NCBI GenBank assembly: GCA_026388595.1
Contig: JAPLJM010000045.1
Location: 1-45,740, forward strand
Source of the DNA: Deltaproteobacteria bacterium
GTDB taxonomy: Bacteria; Desulfobacterota; Syntrophia; Syntrophales; Fen-1087
Direction of reading: 5' to 3'
Length of the DNA: 45,740 nt
How positions within the stretch are numbered: the first letter of the stretch is position 1; every line of letters starts with the position of its first letter. Shown here in pieces: positions 1 to 10,216 of the stretch. Position numbers and translations under genes: made by a program. The notes beneath the pieces are model-generated. The model had not been told where the DNA came from and did no database searches. It worked only from the letters and a program-made list of their open reading frames with translations.

Positions 1-318
1 CACACCGAGCCGGTCCATATCCTCATTGTGCTCGCGGATATAACGCTCGGAGATATCCGCAATGCCGACTCCTGCCGCATTGCTTTTCTGGATGATCTTG
101 TCGTCCACATCGGTAAAGTTTTTGACATAGGTCACTTCGAATCCCCGGTACCGGAGATAATTTGTGATCATGTCAAACACAACCGCAGAACGGGCGTGAC
201 CGACATGACAGGCATCATAGGCGGTAATTCCGCAGGCATAGATTCCGACTTTCCCGTCTTGGATCGGCTGGAATTCTTCTTTTTTCCGGGTGAGTGTATT
301 GTATAATTTAATGGTCAT
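1..318 (-). CDS. cysS: cysteine--tRNA ligase (canonical CysRS), first 106 codons; the rest lies beyond the left window edge
   Basis: Minus-strand ATG at 318 follows a GGGAGG SD. Hand translation [76 protein letters not shown] matches the CysRS N-terminus, including the Zn-ligand Cys and a HIGH-type motif (HVGH). The + ORF 28..306 is its antisense shadow. Confidence 0.9.
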   Translation of the reverse strand, partial: MTIKLYNTLTRKKEEFQPIQDGKVGIYACGITAYDACHVGHARSAVVFDMITNYLRYRGFEVTYVKNFTDVDDKIIQKSNAAGVGIADISERYIREHNEDMDRLGV

Positions 319-563
319 GGCGCCTCCCGTTAGCAATAGAAGAACAGAGACCTTTGAAAAATGGCTTCGTCGCGTCTCAAAAATCTTTTCCGCTAAGAAG
401 ATGATCAGGTGTAATCATGATATATTAAAAACCGTTAGCATCCTCTCTGGAAAGGCGGAAAACATTTGATTCGCCGCTTGCGAACCATTTTTCAGCGATC
501 ATGCAAATTTCTCGAATAATGAAACGGCAACAAGGCCGTGTAAAGCGCCGGCGTTAACGGTTG

Positions 564-1607
564 TCATGGAAAACGGGAGATTCTGGTCAATCCCGCTTCT
601 TCGCTCAACCCGCAGATGAGGTTCATGTTCTGAATGGCCTGACCTGCCGCCCCTTTGATCAGGTTATCAATGGCCGACAGAATAATGATCCGTTTTGTTC
701 TTTGATCGACAGTTACCCCGATATCACAGCCATTCGACCCGCAAACAGAAGATATATTTGGAAAAGTACCGGGCTTGCAAATTCTTATGAATGTCTCATC
801 CTGGTAAAAATGCCGATAGAGATCTGTCAATTCAGCCGTTGTCGTGTCTCGCTGCAGCGATCCATAAATCGTGCTTAAAATGCCCCGGTTGACCGGCAGC
901 AGGTGGGGCGTAAAAGAAATCATGATCTCGCGCCCGGCCAGGATGGAGAGTTCTTGTTCCATTTCGGGTATATGGCGATGCTGGCCGCCCACTTTATAGG
1001 CCTTGAAACCCTCGTTGACTTCGCAGAACAGGGATGTGACCTGTGGTTCCCGCCCGGTCCCGCTGACCCCTGACTTTGCATCGACAATGATGGACGCTGT
1101 ATCAATCCAGCCCGCCTTGAGTATGGGGGCGAGCCCCAGGATCACACTGGTGGGATAACATCCGGGATTGGCAACCAGACCGGCTTTCCGGATCGTCTCA
1201 CGATACAGTTCAGGAATGCCGTAAGCCGCCTCCGTCAGCAATTGCGGCGCCGCATGCTTTCCATACCACTGCTCATAGCCGCCGACATCCCGCAGCCGAA
1301 AATCGGCGCTCAGATCGATCACTTTCTTACCGGCTGCCATAAACGCCGGGGCCACAGTCATGGAAACCCCATGGGGAAGCGCTAAAAAAACGACATCCGC
1401 CAAACAGGCCACCTCATCGGGCGAAGCGTTCATAAAAGAGAGATTCGTTAAGCCTTGAAAAGCAGGATAGACATCTTCAAGCGGAAGTCCCGCATACCGG
1501 CGCGACGTGATGGCAACAACCGCCACCGCCGGATGAAAGAGCAGATGCTTTAAAAGCTCCTGGCCAGTATACCCGCTGGCTCCGTAAACACCGACCTTGA
1601 CCATCAT
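564..1607 (-). CDS. argC: N-acetyl-gamma-glutamyl-phosphate reductase
   Basis: 347-aa ORF with a Rossmann N-terminus (VKVGVYGASGYTGQELL) and the catalytic Cys block LVANPGCYPTS. AAGGAG SD lies upstream. Confidence 0.9.
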   Translation of the reverse strand: MMVKVGVYGASGYTGQELLKHLLFHPAVAVVAITSRRYAGLPLEDVYPAFQGLTNLSFMNASPDEVACLADVVFLALPHGVSMTVAPAFMAAGKKVIDLSADFRLRDVGGYEQWYGKHAAPQLLTEAAYGIPELYRETIRKAGLVANPGCYPTSVILGLAPILKAGWIDTASIIVDAKSGVSGTGREPQVTSLFCEVNEGFKAYKVGGQHRHIPEMEQELSILAGREIMISFTPHLLPVNRGILSTIYGSLQRDTTTAELTDLYRHFYQDETFIRICKPGTFPNISSVCGSNGCDIGVTVDQRTKRIIILSAIDNLIKGAAGQAIQNMNLICGLSEEAGLTRISRFP

Positions 1608-1661
1608 TCATCTCCTTATCGCGTCCTTCCCCATGAATTTTTCTAGAAGACGCAATCGTGC

Positions 1662-1687
1662 AAAAAAAAGGGAGGCCGCAGCCCCCC
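1662..1687 (-). terminator. Rho-independent terminator after rpsI
   Basis: Minus-strand RNA is GGGGGGC-UGCG-GCCUCCC (7-bp GC stem, 4-nt loop) followed directly by U8. It begins 10 nt after the rpsI stop. Confidence 0.8.
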
Positions 1688-1696
1688 TGATTAAGT

Positions 1697-2089
1697 TTAT
1701 CGTTTTGAAAACTGAAATCGTTTCCTCGCCCCGGGCTGACCATACTTTTTTCTTTCCTTGATCCGGGAATCCCGGGTAAGGAATCCCGCTTTTTTCAAGG
1801 CCGCACGCAATGTCAGATCATATTCCATCAGAACCTTGGAGATTCCATGTTTGATTGCACCTGCCTGTCCAGCAACGCCGCCGCCGCAGACATTGATGAA
1901 GAAGTCGAATTTGTCCTTGTTTCCGGTCATCTCAAGGGGTTGCTGGATCAGCATCTTCAGGCTGTCCCGTGTAAAATAATCATCAAAATTCCTTTTATTG
2001 ATTGTCAAAAGGCCGCTGCCTTCCTTCATATACACTCTCGCAATGGCGCATTTTCTCTTTCCCGTGGCATAAAAGCGTTTATCAGTCAT
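1697..2089 (-). CDS. rpsI: 30S ribosomal protein S9
   Basis: 130 aa; [15 protein letters not shown] ... ends [10 protein letters not shown], the typical S9 C-terminus. Confidence 0.95.
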   Translation of the reverse strand: MTDKRFYATGKRKCAIARVYMKEGSGLLTINKRNFDDYFTRDSLKMLIQQPLEMTGNKDKFDFFINVCGGGVAGQAGAIKHGISKVLMEYDLTLRAALKKAGFLTRDSRIKERKKYGQPGARKRFQFSKR

Positions 2090-2149
2090 CTCATTCTCCC
2101 CATCACCAGGATTATCCGATCCTGTTGTTCCCGTCTTTTGCGATTCCTC

Positions 2150-2578
2150 TTATAATTTCAAAAGTTGCGGGCATTGCGCCGCGTGGCCGTGATCACTGCA
2201 CGTATAAATTTTCAGCTTTTTCAACATCGCCCGGCCCAGAGAATTTTTCGGAAGCATGCCTCTGACGGCAAGACGCAATACCTCTGCCGGTTTTTCTTCA
2301 AGCATTTTCCCTGCGGCCATTTGCCTTATACCGCCCGGATAGCCGGAGTGACGGTAATACATCTTGTCCGTTAATTTCTTACCGGTCAGATGGACTTTGC
2401 CGGCATTAACAACAATTACAAAATCTCCGGTATCCACATAAGGCGTATAAACGGGTTTGTCCTTGCCGCGAAGCCGCTTTGCAATTTCACTGGCCAGCCG
2501 GCCCAGGACTTTACCCTCCGCATCGACAACATACCAGTTTCTCTCGACGTTTTCCTTTTTTGCCTGAAATGTTTTCAT
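2150..2578 (-). CDS. rplM: 50S ribosomal protein L13
   Basis: 142 aa; [33 protein letters not shown] is the L13 signature N-terminus. Confidence 0.95.
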   Translation of the reverse strand: MKTFQAKKENVERNWYVVDAEGKVLGRLASEIAKRLRGKDKPVYTPYVDTGDFVIVVNAGKVHLTGKKLTDKMYYRHSGYPGGIRQMAAGKMLEEKPAEVLRLAVRGMLPKNSLGRAMLKKLKIYTCSDHGHAAQCPQLLKL

Positions 2579-2608
2579 AGACCACCAATCCCTTGAATTG
2601 AACTGTGG

Positions 2609-2637
2609 AAATTACGCAATTTTCGATCCTTTGTCAA
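2609..2637 (-). promoter_or_regulatory. sigma70-type promoter for rplM-rpsI
   Basis: Minus strand reads TTGACA (2637..2632), an exact 17-nt spacer, then TAATTT (2614..2609). It sits about 30 nt upstream of the rplM ATG. Confidence 0.65.
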
Positions 2638-2638
2638 G

Positions 2639-2699
2639 AAAAAACCTGCATAGAAAATTAAATATTTTCATGGCGCAGAGTCTGTCATGAAAATACAGG
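2639..2699 (-). terminator. candidate compound terminator after lptD
   Basis: RNA CCUGUA[UAUUUUCAUG-13 nt-CAUGAAAAUA]...UAUGCAGG followed by U6. There is an inner 10-bp AU-rich hairpin and an outer 6-bp helix, and the U-tract abuts the rplM -35 box. Confidence 0.5.
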
Positions 2700-2711
2700 A
2701 CAATGGGTTCA

Positions 2712-4928
2712 CTATTTCCCGACCTTTCCCAGGCCATACAGAGAAAAGGTCACCATGTAGGTCCGGTCAAGCTTATCGCCCTCTGTGGTAATGCCGTAAA
2801 GATTGATGGTGGTATTCAATTTCTCGGCATAACTGAATTCCACATTCCAGCATTGCCGATGATAGCTTAGACTCAGGCTCTTTTCCAAGTCTTTCTGGAT
2901 CAGTTGATTGCGCCTATGATTATAGGTGAGATCAAAGGCTTTCGTTATCACTGCCTTCAGATTGAGGTTGATTTCTTCAATGGAATTCTGAGTATAACGA
3001 TAACCAAGAACAGCCGTATCACCCCGCGCATCACTGAAGGATAAATCATAGTTGGCCTGGCTCCAGGTGGTCGCGCCGACACTGTATTTATTCCTGGCCG
3101 CAAAGGAAAGATATTGAAAGGGCGTAAAATCCGCTTCCAGCACAATATCGCCGAACCCCTTGCGCATAATGCCGGTCGCGGCGACATCCCTGTTCGACTC
3201 GATGATGTCATATGTCTGCGCCAATTTGAGACGGAGAAATTCACGGTAATTCTTTTTGCCGTCCTTGTCTTTCCATCGGGCCATGAAGCTGTTGGTCAAG
3301 GCATAGGCAATGGTTTGCTGCTCGCCGACGGACCCAATAAAATCAGGCAGGTTCGTCTGTTTCACATTGGGAACATAGGTATAAGACAGCTCCGGCCGGA
3401 TGCTATGCTGGATTTTCTCCACCGTCTGGCCACCGACGTCAAAAACCCGACTTACTTCTGAGTTCAGCCCCAATGAGGCGAAATATGTATTCCTGTTTCC
3501 CTGCTTGTCCAACAGATCCGGCTGTTGATCCTCCCGCTGCCACAGATTCTCAATAAGGGTGAAGGCCGGTGTCAGCTTTCCATAGCCGCCGAGGTTGACC
3601 GGAAGCGACAGGGTGGGTTTGAGTTCGTAGGAATGCCCCTTCTGCCCGGCGTCCCGGTAATAATAATCATAGGTGGTGGTAAATTCAAAATTCGCCGGCG
3701 ACCCGAAGAGGGGGTGCTTGATCCCCGTCAGGGTTGCCTCCGGATATCTCTGCAGGGTGGCATCGTTGGAAGGAGCGGCGAAATTGTCCGTATAACTGCC
3801 CAAAACGGTGAGGTTGTATAAAGACCAGTTTTTCACCAGCCGGGCGGTTGATTCCAGAGAGCCCAGGGCCGCATCGCCCACAAAGGACACTTTCCGGAAC
3901 CGTTGCGCTTCTGTTGCGGCATAATTGTTTAGATAATAGTTATTGGAGGCGAAATCCTTGAAATACCAACTGTCCGATACTTTCCGGATGTCCGTCCGGA
4001 AAGTAAAACTGGGATCGAAATTGGTTTGATGGTTCAGATATAGGGACCATCGCTGATGATCCGATTGCCAGTCCCGGCTGATGCCTCCGGCCGTCTCGGT
4101 CACACGGCCGGAATCATTCATAAAATCGCCATAAAACGTGCCAAAGTTATTGGGACTGGTAAAGTAGCGGAATTCGACCCCCTGTTTGTATCCCCGTCTA
4201 TCCATATAGCGCTGATAGAGCGTCGCATCCATATCATCGGAAATGGCCCAGAAAAAAGGAACCTCCACATCCATCCCCAGTTTACTGTCGGAAAAGGCAA
4301 AATAAGGGGGTAGCACGCCGGATTGACGCCTGGTTTTAGCCGGAAAGATAAGATAGGGGACATACAGAACCGGCATGCCCTTTGCGAGGAACTTTGTATG
4401 TTTCAGCGTGCCGTATCCTTCCACCGTGACATCGAGTTTGTCGCCCGTCAACTGCCAATCCGGAGACGGTCCGTCGCAGGTTGTCACTTTGGCGCCATTC
4501 ACCACATAGCTGGACTCTCCGGTCTTCTCAATGCGGTCACCGGTCAGATAGAAATGATTCTGTGCCATAAATGCCCGCCCCTGATAGGCAATGCCGGTCT
4601 TGTGCCTGATGTCAAAGTCGATTCTGTCCCCTTCCAGGGTGTCCTGACCGCTCCTGAGTATGGCATTGCCTTCCGCCCGGGCCCGATCACGGCCTTTTTC
4701 CAGAAAGACGTGATCGGCTGTTAAAATGCCTTTTACATGGGTAATGACCACATGCCCCGCGGCATGGTAGGTATCCTTTTCATAATCATAGGCAATACTG
4801 TCCGCTTCGATCTTCACGGGATCACCGGACGAATCGCTTAGCGCCTGGTTCTCGGCGCTAAAACCCAGCGCCGCCTGAAGCACCAGGAGGAACAGGAGGA
4901 TTAGAGATAGGCCCGTTCTGGGGTTCAT
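2712..4928 (-). CDS. lptD: LPS-assembly outer-membrane protein LptD (OstA family)
   Basis: About 738 aa. Signal peptide MNPRTGLSLILLFLLVLQAALGFSA, an OstA-like N-terminal domain and a long beta-barrel region ending in an aromatic-rich C-terminus. The ATG at 4928 overlaps the folC stop (ATGA). The ORF track extends to 4940. Confidence 0.85.
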   Translation of the reverse strand: MNPRTGLSLILLFLLVLQAALGFSAENQALSDSSGDPVKIEADSIAYDYEKDTYHAAGHVVITHVKGILTADHVFLEKGRDRARAEGNAILRSGQDTLEGDRIDFDIRHKTGIAYQGRAFMAQNHFYLTGDRIEKTGESSYVVNGAKVTTCDGPSPDWQLTGDKLDVTVEGYGTLKHTKFLAKGMPVLYVPYLIFPAKTRRQSGVLPPYFAFSDSKLGMDVEVPFFWAISDDMDATLYQRYMDRRGYKQGVEFRYFTSPNNFGTFYGDFMNDSGRVTETAGGISRDWQSDHQRWSLYLNHQTNFDPSFTFRTDIRKVSDSWYFKDFASNNYYLNNYAATEAQRFRKVSFVGDAALGSLESTARLVKNWSLYNLTVLGSYTDNFAAPSNDATLQRYPEATLTGIKHPLFGSPANFEFTTTYDYYYRDAGQKGHSYELKPTLSLPVNLGGYGKLTPAFTLIENLWQREDQQPDLLDKQGNRNTYFASLGLNSEVSRVFDVGGQTVEKIQHSIRPELSYTYVPNVKQTNLPDFIGSVGEQQTIAYALTNSFMARWKDKDGKKNYREFLRLKLAQTYDIIESNRDVAATGIMRKGFGDIVLEADFTPFQYLSFAARNKYSVGATTWSQANYDLSFSDARGDTAVLGYRYTQNSIEEINLNLKAVITKAFDLTYNHRRNQLIQKDLEKSLSLSYHRQCWNVEFSYAEKLNTTINLYGITTEGDKLDRTYMVTFSLYGLGKVGK

Positions 4929-6259
4929 GATACGCCACATCGTTCTTTAAAAAACCTTTTGACGGCGCCAACCAGATAAAGGGAGCCGGTCACGCAGATC
5001 AGGTCATCCGGATCGGCCGTGGTCAACGCCACTCGCAAGGCTTGCTCCGGCTGTTCAATCACCTCGGCACACCGGTAATATTGACGGGCCGCCTGCAGGA
5101 TCACCGCCGGAGACAGGGATCTCTCACTTTCCGGTCGAGTCAGGATCAGGCGATCCGCCAGCGGCGCCAGTCTCTTCAACATGGTCCGGTGATCCTTGTC
5201 TTCAAGAACACCGAAAACCACGGTCAGGCGGCGGTAACAAAATTCATCTTTCAAGGCGGCACAGAGGCTGGAAATGCCCGCCGGATTATGGGCCCCGTCA
5301 ACGAGAACCGTCGGGCGCTCCCGAAGGGTTTCCAGGCGTCCCTCCCATTGCGTTTCTCTGAGTCCCCGGCGAATGGCCTCCTCTTCCACGACAAAACCAT
5401 GCCCGGCAAGAAGCACCACCGCACCCACCGCCAAAGCGGCATTGTCAATCTGATGCCTTCCCCTGAGCGGACAGCAAAGATGATCGTAACGCTTGCCCAG
5501 GCCCCGGAATGAAAAACCGCCACCGGCCTGCCTCCTGGTTTTGATCTCATCGCCTACTCTGAAAAAGCGGGACTGTTTCTTCTGACAGGCCTCCTCTAAA
5601 ATTCCGACAACCTGTTTTTGCCTGGCGGCGGTAAGACAGCAGCCGCCGCTTCCGATGATCCCGCTCTTTTCCCGGGCAATCTGCTCGATCTTCATTCCCA
5701 GATACTGACGATGATCCAGGGAAATATTCGAAATCACCGAAACGGCGGGATCGGCAACATTCGTTGCGTCCAGCCTTCCTCCCATCCCCACCTCCAGGAC
5801 GGAAACATTCACGCGCTGTTGATCGAAATAATGAAAGGCCAAGGCCGTAAGAAATTCGAAATAGGAGAGATCCTCTTGCAGGCGCCGCTTGATCTCACCC
5901 GCGCATGCCCGCAGATCTTTCATGGCAATCATGCGTCCATCAATCCGAATCCGTTCCCGGATATCCAGAAGATGCGGCGAGGTATAAAGCCCCACACGGA
6001 AACCGCCGGCGGTAAGCATGGCGGCAGCCATCGCGGCGATGGATCCCTTGCCGTTGGTCCCGCCAATGATCATGCTCGCATATTTTTTTTCAGGATGCTT
6101 CATCCGGACGAGCAGGCGACGCAGGGGCGCAAGCCCCAATCGGATGGGCCGGCTGCTTAAATCACCCAGATATGCGAGAGGATCCATCGGTGTTACGGCC
6201 CCGTCAATTCGATGCTGCCTGCTTGAGACAAAAAAGCCATGGGCCGGCTGAATCACCAT
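4925..6259 (-). CDS. folC: bifunctional folylpolyglutamate synthase / dihydrofolate synthase (Mur-ligase family)
   Basis: Contains the P-loop IIGGTNGKGS and Mur-ligase middle and C-terminal domain motifs (DGAHNP). The start is uncertain: ATG at 6259 or an internal ATG at 6187 (MDPLAYLGDL). Confidence 0.85.
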   Translation of the reverse strand: MVIQPAHGFFVSSRQHRIDGAVTPMDPLAYLGDLSSRPIRLGLAPLRRLLVRMKHPEKKYASMIIGGTNGKGSIAAMAAAMLTAGGFRVGLYTSPHLLDIRERIRIDGRMIAMKDLRACAGEIKRRLQEDLSYFEFLTALAFHYFDQQRVNVSVLEVGMGGRLDATNVADPAVSVISNISLDHRQYLGMKIEQIAREKSGIIGSGGCCLTAARQKQVVGILEEACQKKQSRFFRVGDEIKTRRQAGGGFSFRGLGKRYDHLCCPLRGRHQIDNAALAVGAVVLLAGHGFVVEEEAIRRGLRETQWEGRLETLRERPTVLVDGAHNPAGISSLCAALKDEFCYRRLTVVFGVLEDKDHRTMLKRLAPLADRLILTRPESERSLSPAVILQAARQYYRCAEVIEQPEQALRVALTTADPDDLICVTGSLYLVGAVKRFFKERCGVS

Positions 6260-6297
6260 TCAACCCATGGCTTAGATCTTTAAAATTAAAAAACCGA

Positions 6298-6555
6298 TCA
6301 GGGAATAACCTTGAAAACTTCATCCCCCGGACGAACACGATCGGCAACCTTAATCCCGATATAGTCGCCGGCCACGGCCTTGTCAACCTTCTGGTTATTG
6401 ACTTCCATGGAATCAATGACCTGGGTCACATCGGTGGTATGACCAAATATCTTGATTGTATCCTGGACCTGCAGTTCACCCTCGGTGATCTTGACTGCCG
6501 CTACGCTTGGCTTTGCAAAAAACTTTACCACCTCACCAATTTTTTCTTCCGCCAT
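6298..6555 (-). CDS. small (85 aa) EF-Tu domain-2-like beta-barrel protein (translation elongation factor-like protein)
   Basis: MAEEKIGEVVKFFAKPSVAAVKITEGELQVQDTIKIFGHTTDVTQVIDSMEVNNQKVDKAVAGDYIGIKVADRVRPGDEVFKV. This resembles the stand-alone GTP_EFTU_D2-like proteins I recall from memory. The ATG at 6555 lies 5 nt after AAGGAGG. The track ORF start (6570) is a GTG inside the SD. Confidence 0.6.
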   Translation of the reverse strand: MAEEKIGEVVKFFAKPSVAAVKITEGELQVQDTIKIFGHTTDVTQVIDSMEVNNQKVDKAVAGDYIGIKVADRVRPGDEVFKVIP

Positions 6556-6673
6556 AATGACCTCCTTCACGACGTTTTACATAATTAGAAAGACAATACA
6601 TGCCGTTAACCGTTTCCGGCCGAAAATATATCTTTTAATCGAAAAAAACAAGAAAAAATGACTAAAAGTTGCC

Positions 6674-6708
6674 AAATAAAAAAGGCAGGATTTTGAAATC
6701 CTGCCTTT
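6674..6708 (-). terminator. Rho-independent terminator after rplQ (end of the alpha operon)
   Basis: RNA GGCAGGAUU-UCAA-AAUCCUGCC followed by UUUUUUAUUU. Confidence 0.85.
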
Positions 6709-6769
6709 ATAAACGATCCCATGCTCGGGTTCGGGGATGATCCTTTACCCCCTTCTCACATCCGGGGGA

Positions 6770-7171
6770 CTATGATGCTGCCGGAGCAGCCTTCTTCTTG
6801 GGCTTCTGCCTTTGTACGGCGTCAATAAACTCTATGATGGACAGGGGCGCATTATCGCCTGTTCGATATCCCATCTTCATGATTCTCGTATATCCTCCTG
6901 CCCGCTCACGATACCGCTCTGACAGCTCGCTGAACAGCTTCCCTACAACCGCGGGATCTCTGACAAAGGCCAAGGCCTGCCTTCTGGCATGGAGATCCCC
7001 CCGCTTTCCCAGGGTAATCATTTGCTCAGCAACCTTTTTCAGTTCCTTTGCCTTGACATCGGTTGTCTTGACCTTCTCATATTTCAAAAAGGAAGTAACC
7101 ATATTTCTCAGCATGGCTTTTCTGTGACTTGATGTCCTGCCGAGCTTACTTCCTGCTTTTCCGTGACGCAT
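6770..7171 (-). CDS. rplQ: 50S ribosomal protein L17
   Basis: 133 aa; [24 protein letters not shown] is the L17 N-terminus. Confidence 0.95.
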   Translation of the reverse strand: MRHGKAGSKLGRTSSHRKAMLRNMVTSFLKYEKVKTTDVKAKELKKVAEQMITLGKRGDLHARRQALAFVRDPAVVGKLFSELSERYRERAGGYTRIMKMGYRTGDNAPLSIIEFIDAVQRQKPKKKAAPAAS

Positions 7172-7209
7172 TGATCATCTTCCTTTCCTGTAAACGGTCC
7201 TTCCTGTTA

Positions 7210-8226
7210 TTACCCTGCCGCGGTTCCCGAATCGTCCATTGCCTCATCCTTGTTCCAGGGTGGGAAGTCCAGCTTTATGCCGAAACTCAAACCCATCTCC
7301 TGCAGGATGTCCTTGATCTCGTTCAGAGACTTCCGGCCGAAATTTTTTGTCTTCAGCATCTCTGCTTCTGTCTTTTGAACAAGCTCGCCGATGAGATTAA
7401 TCCCTGCGTTTTTCAGGCAGTTGGCTGACCTGACCGACAGTTCCAGATCATCCACATGCCGCAGCAGGTGGTCATTAATGGTATCCTCTTCCTTAAGATC
7501 CGGCTGCTCCCCCTGCTCTTCGGTTTCATTGAAATTAATAAAGATGTCCAGCTGGTCCTTCAATATTTTGGCCGCAAAGGCGAGAGCGTCTTCCGGCCAG
7601 ACACTGCCGTCCGTCCAGATCTCCATGATGAGCCTGTCGTAATCGGCAATCTGTCCGACCCGGGCATGGGTCACCGTATAATTGACCTTTTTAATGGGTG
7701 AAAATACAGCGTCGATATTGATCGTCCCCTCAGGTTGATCGTAGTCTCTCTCATTCCTTGCCGGGACATAACCCTTGCCCATTTTGACCGCCATCTCCGC
7801 CTTGAGAGGAGCCTCCCCGGACAGAGTAGCGATATGATGGTCAGGATTCAGAATCTCTACCGTCGCATCGCAAATAAGGTCGGCGGACGTCACCACACCC
7901 TCTTTGGATGTATCCAGTCGCACGACCCGCGGCCCATCCTGGTGCAGCTTGAGACGAACACCTTTCAGATTGAGAATGATATCGGCCACATCTTCCTTCA
8001 CACCGGCAACCGTCGAAAATTCATGGACAACACCATCGATCCGGACCGATACAATTGCCGCGCCCTGAATAGAGGACAGCAGAATCCTTCTCAGCGCGTT
8101 ACCGAATGTAATGCCGAAGCCCCTCTCCAAAGGCTGACAAATGAACTCCCCATAAAAACGCGTATGAGTTGCCTCATCAATCTCGATCCGCTTCGGTCTT
8201 ATCATACTGCGCCAATTTCTTTGCAT
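7210..8226 (-). CDS. rpoA: DNA-directed RNA polymerase subunit alpha
   Basis: 338 aa; [20 protein letters not shown] in the NTD and [16 protein letters not shown] in the CTD HhH. Confidence 0.95.
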   Translation of the reverse strand: MQRNWRSMIRPKRIEIDEATHTRFYGEFICQPLERGFGITFGNALRRILLSSIQGAAIVSVRIDGVVHEFSTVAGVKEDVADIILNLKGVRLKLHQDGPRVVRLDTSKEGVVTSADLICDATVEILNPDHHIATLSGEAPLKAEMAVKMGKGYVPARNERDYDQPEGTINIDAVFSPIKKVNYTVTHARVGQIADYDRLIMEIWTDGSVWPEDALAFAAKILKDQLDIFINFNETEEQGEQPDLKEEDTINDHLLRHVDDLELSVRSANCLKNAGINLIGELVQKTEAEMLKTKNFGRKSLNEIKDILQEMGLSFGIKLDFPPWNKDEAMDDSGTAAG

Positions 8227-8281
8227 AATTTCAATTCCCTACCCTTCGGGTCCAGATGCGGCTTTTTTTGCGTTGATCATT

Positions 8282-8908
8282 TTATTTCGAATAAAGCTCA
8301 ACAACCAATTGTTCCTGAACCGGCATGGTCAATTCGTCCCGCGTCGGCAGGACTTTTACCGTACCTTTAAAGTTTTCCTTGTCCAGTTCAAGCCATGGGG
8401 GTACGCCGCGCCTGGCAACGGTTCCTACGGCATCCAGAATCCGCTCCACTTTCCTGCTGCCCTCCCGGACCTGGATGTCATCGCCCATCCTGACCAAGAA
8501 AGAGGGGATATTCACCGGCTTGCCGCTCACTGTAAAGTGATTATGCCTGACAAGCTGCCGCGCTTCGTTCCTTGAATTGGCAAATCCCATACGAAACACC
8601 ATGTTATCGAGGCGTCTCTCCAAGAATACCAGCAGGTTGGTCCCCGTGATTCCTTTTTGACGGTCCGCTTTTTCAAAATAACCCCGGAACTGTTTTTCCA
8701 ATAGGCCATACATTCTCTTAAGCTTTTGCTTGGCCCTTAACTGGACACCATAATCAGAATGCTTTTTCCGCATCTGTCCGTGTTCGCCCGGAGCATAACT
8801 CCGCCGTTCAAAGGCACATTTCTCACTGTAGCATCGATCTCCCTTAAGAAACAGCTTCAGTCCCTCCCTACGGCACAACCTACATACGGATTCTCTATAT
8901 CTTGCCAA
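8282..8908 (-). CDS. rpsD: 30S ribosomal protein S4
   Basis: 208 aa; [26 protein letters not shown]. Confidence 0.95.
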   Translation of the reverse strand: MARYRESVCRLCRREGLKLFLKGDRCYSEKCAFERRSYAPGEHGQMRKKHSDYGVQLRAKQKLKRMYGLLEKQFRGYFEKADRQKGITGTNLLVFLERRLDNMVFRMGFANSRNEARQLVRHNHFTVSGKPVNIPSFLVRMGDDIQVREGSRKVERILDAVGTVARRGVPPWLELDKENFKGTVKVLPTRDELTMPVQEQLVVELYSK

Positions 8909-8976
8909 AAATGCCTCCCTGAATGAACTCCACCTTCAAAACGTTATAATTATTATTCAATTAACCGTCTAATGAC

Positions 8977-9369
8977 TTATACCCTTCGCCGCTTCGGGGG
9001 GCGACATCCATTATGGGGAATAGGGGTGACGTCCCGGATCAGGCTGATATTCAATCCAGCCAACTGGAGAGACCGAAGGGCAGACTCACGCCCTGAACCC
9101 GGCCCCTTCACATACACCTGGACACTTCGTAAACCATGCTCCTTCGCTTTCTTGACGGCATCCTCCGCCGCCATTTGTGCGGCAAAGGGCGTACTTTTTC
9201 GCGACCCCTTGAATCCCTGCATTCCGGCCGATGCCCATGCAATCACATTGCCGCCCATGTCCGTGATGGTGACAATCGTGTTGTTAAAAGTCGATTGAAT
9301 ATGGGCAACCCCTTCGGTGATATTCTTTTTCTCTTTTCTCTTCCCTGTCTTTCTGACTGGCTTAGCCAT
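8977..9369 (-). CDS. rpsK: 30S ribosomal protein S11
   Basis: 130 aa; [18 protein letters not shown] ... ends [13 protein letters not shown]. Confidence 0.95.
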   Translation of the reverse strand: MAKPVRKTGKRKEKKNITEGVAHIQSTFNNTIVTITDMGGNVIAWASAGMQGFKGSRKSTPFAAQMAAEDAVKKAKEHGLRSVQVYVKGPGSGRESALRSLQLAGLNISLIRDVTPIPHNGCRPPKRRRV

Positions 9370-9395
9370 TGATCCTCCCGATGCTTACCTGCGAT

Positions 9396-9764
9396 TTATT
9401 TCTTTTTTCCTGCAATGGACCGCCGGGGTCCTTTTCGCGTCCGGGCGTTGGTACTTGTCCGTTGGCCCCTCACGGGAAGCCCCTTACGGTGCCGCAGTCC
9501 CCGATAGGTGCCGATATCCATCAACCTTTTCAAGGACATGGATATATCACGACGCAAATCACCCTCAACCTTATGTTCCTTATCGATAACATTTCTGATT
9601 GCGGTGATTTCTGTATCAGCCAGGTGATCTGTTTTCGTATCTGTATTGACACCTGCCTTTTGAAGAATGTCTTTAGATTTTGACCGTCCTATACCATAGA
9701 TATAGGTGAGCGCAATCTCCATTCTTTTGTTTTTGGGTAAATCCACCCCTGCAATTCTTGCCAC
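9396..9764 (-). CDS. rpsM: 30S ribosomal protein S13
   Basis: 122 aa; [26 protein letters not shown]. Confidence 0.95.
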   Translation of the reverse strand: MARIAGVDLPKNKRMEIALTYIYGIGRSKSKDILQKAGVNTDTKTDHLADTEITAIRNVIDKEHKVEGDLRRDISMSLKRLMDIGTYRGLRHRKGLPVRGQRTSTNARTRKGPRRSIAGKKK

Positions 9765-9794
9765 CTGCCATCCTCCTGGTTAAATAAACCGCTT

Positions 9795-9908
9795 CTATCC
9801 CTGTCGCTGCTTGTGCTTGGGATTCTCACAAATGACTCTCAATACGCCGCATCGTTTGACAATTTTACACTTGTCACATATTTTTTTTACGGAAGACCGC
9901 ACTTTCAT
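9795..9908 (-). CDS. rpmJ: 50S ribosomal protein L36 (Zn-binding form)
   Basis: Not in the ORF track (37 aa). Hand translation [37 protein letters not shown], between infA and rpsM as expected. Confidence 0.9.
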   Translation of the reverse strand: MKVRSSVKKICDKCKIVKRCGVLRVICENPKHKQRQG

Positions 9909-9982
9909 AATGTCTGCTCCTCAAACCGAATGCGAACTGCCATGGGCCAGGGTTGTGTCACCCGGTGCATCTGTTCGCCTGA

Positions 9983-10204
9983 TCATTTCGTTCTGTAGAC
10001 AATCCTGCCTCGGGTTAAATCATAGGGCGACAACTCAATCGTTACCTTGTCTCCCGGTAGTATTTTTATAAAGTGCATACGCATTTTTCCTGAAATATGA
10101 GCAAGAACACGATGCCCATTATCTAGTTCCACGCGAAACATAGCGTTCGGCAAGGGTTCAATAACACGCCCTTCAACTTCTATCGGCTCTTCTTTTGCCA
10201 TCAA
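9983..10204 (-). CDS. infA: translation initiation factor IF-1
   Basis: 73 aa; S1-like fold sequence [35 protein letters not shown]. Confidence 0.95.
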   Translation of the reverse strand: MMAKEEPIEVEGRVIEPLPNAMFRVELDNGHRVLAHISGKMRMHFIKILPGDKVTIELSPYDLTRGRIVYRTK

Positions 10205-10216
10205 ATATCCCTGTTT

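Noticed and set aside
319-563. 245-nt argC-cysS spacer examined for a T-box, riboswitch or terminator
   Set aside because: Only a weak 5-bp hairpin (ACGGC-CUUGUU-GCCGU) follows argC. I recognise no T-box specifier or antiterminator elements and no clear promoter hexamers.
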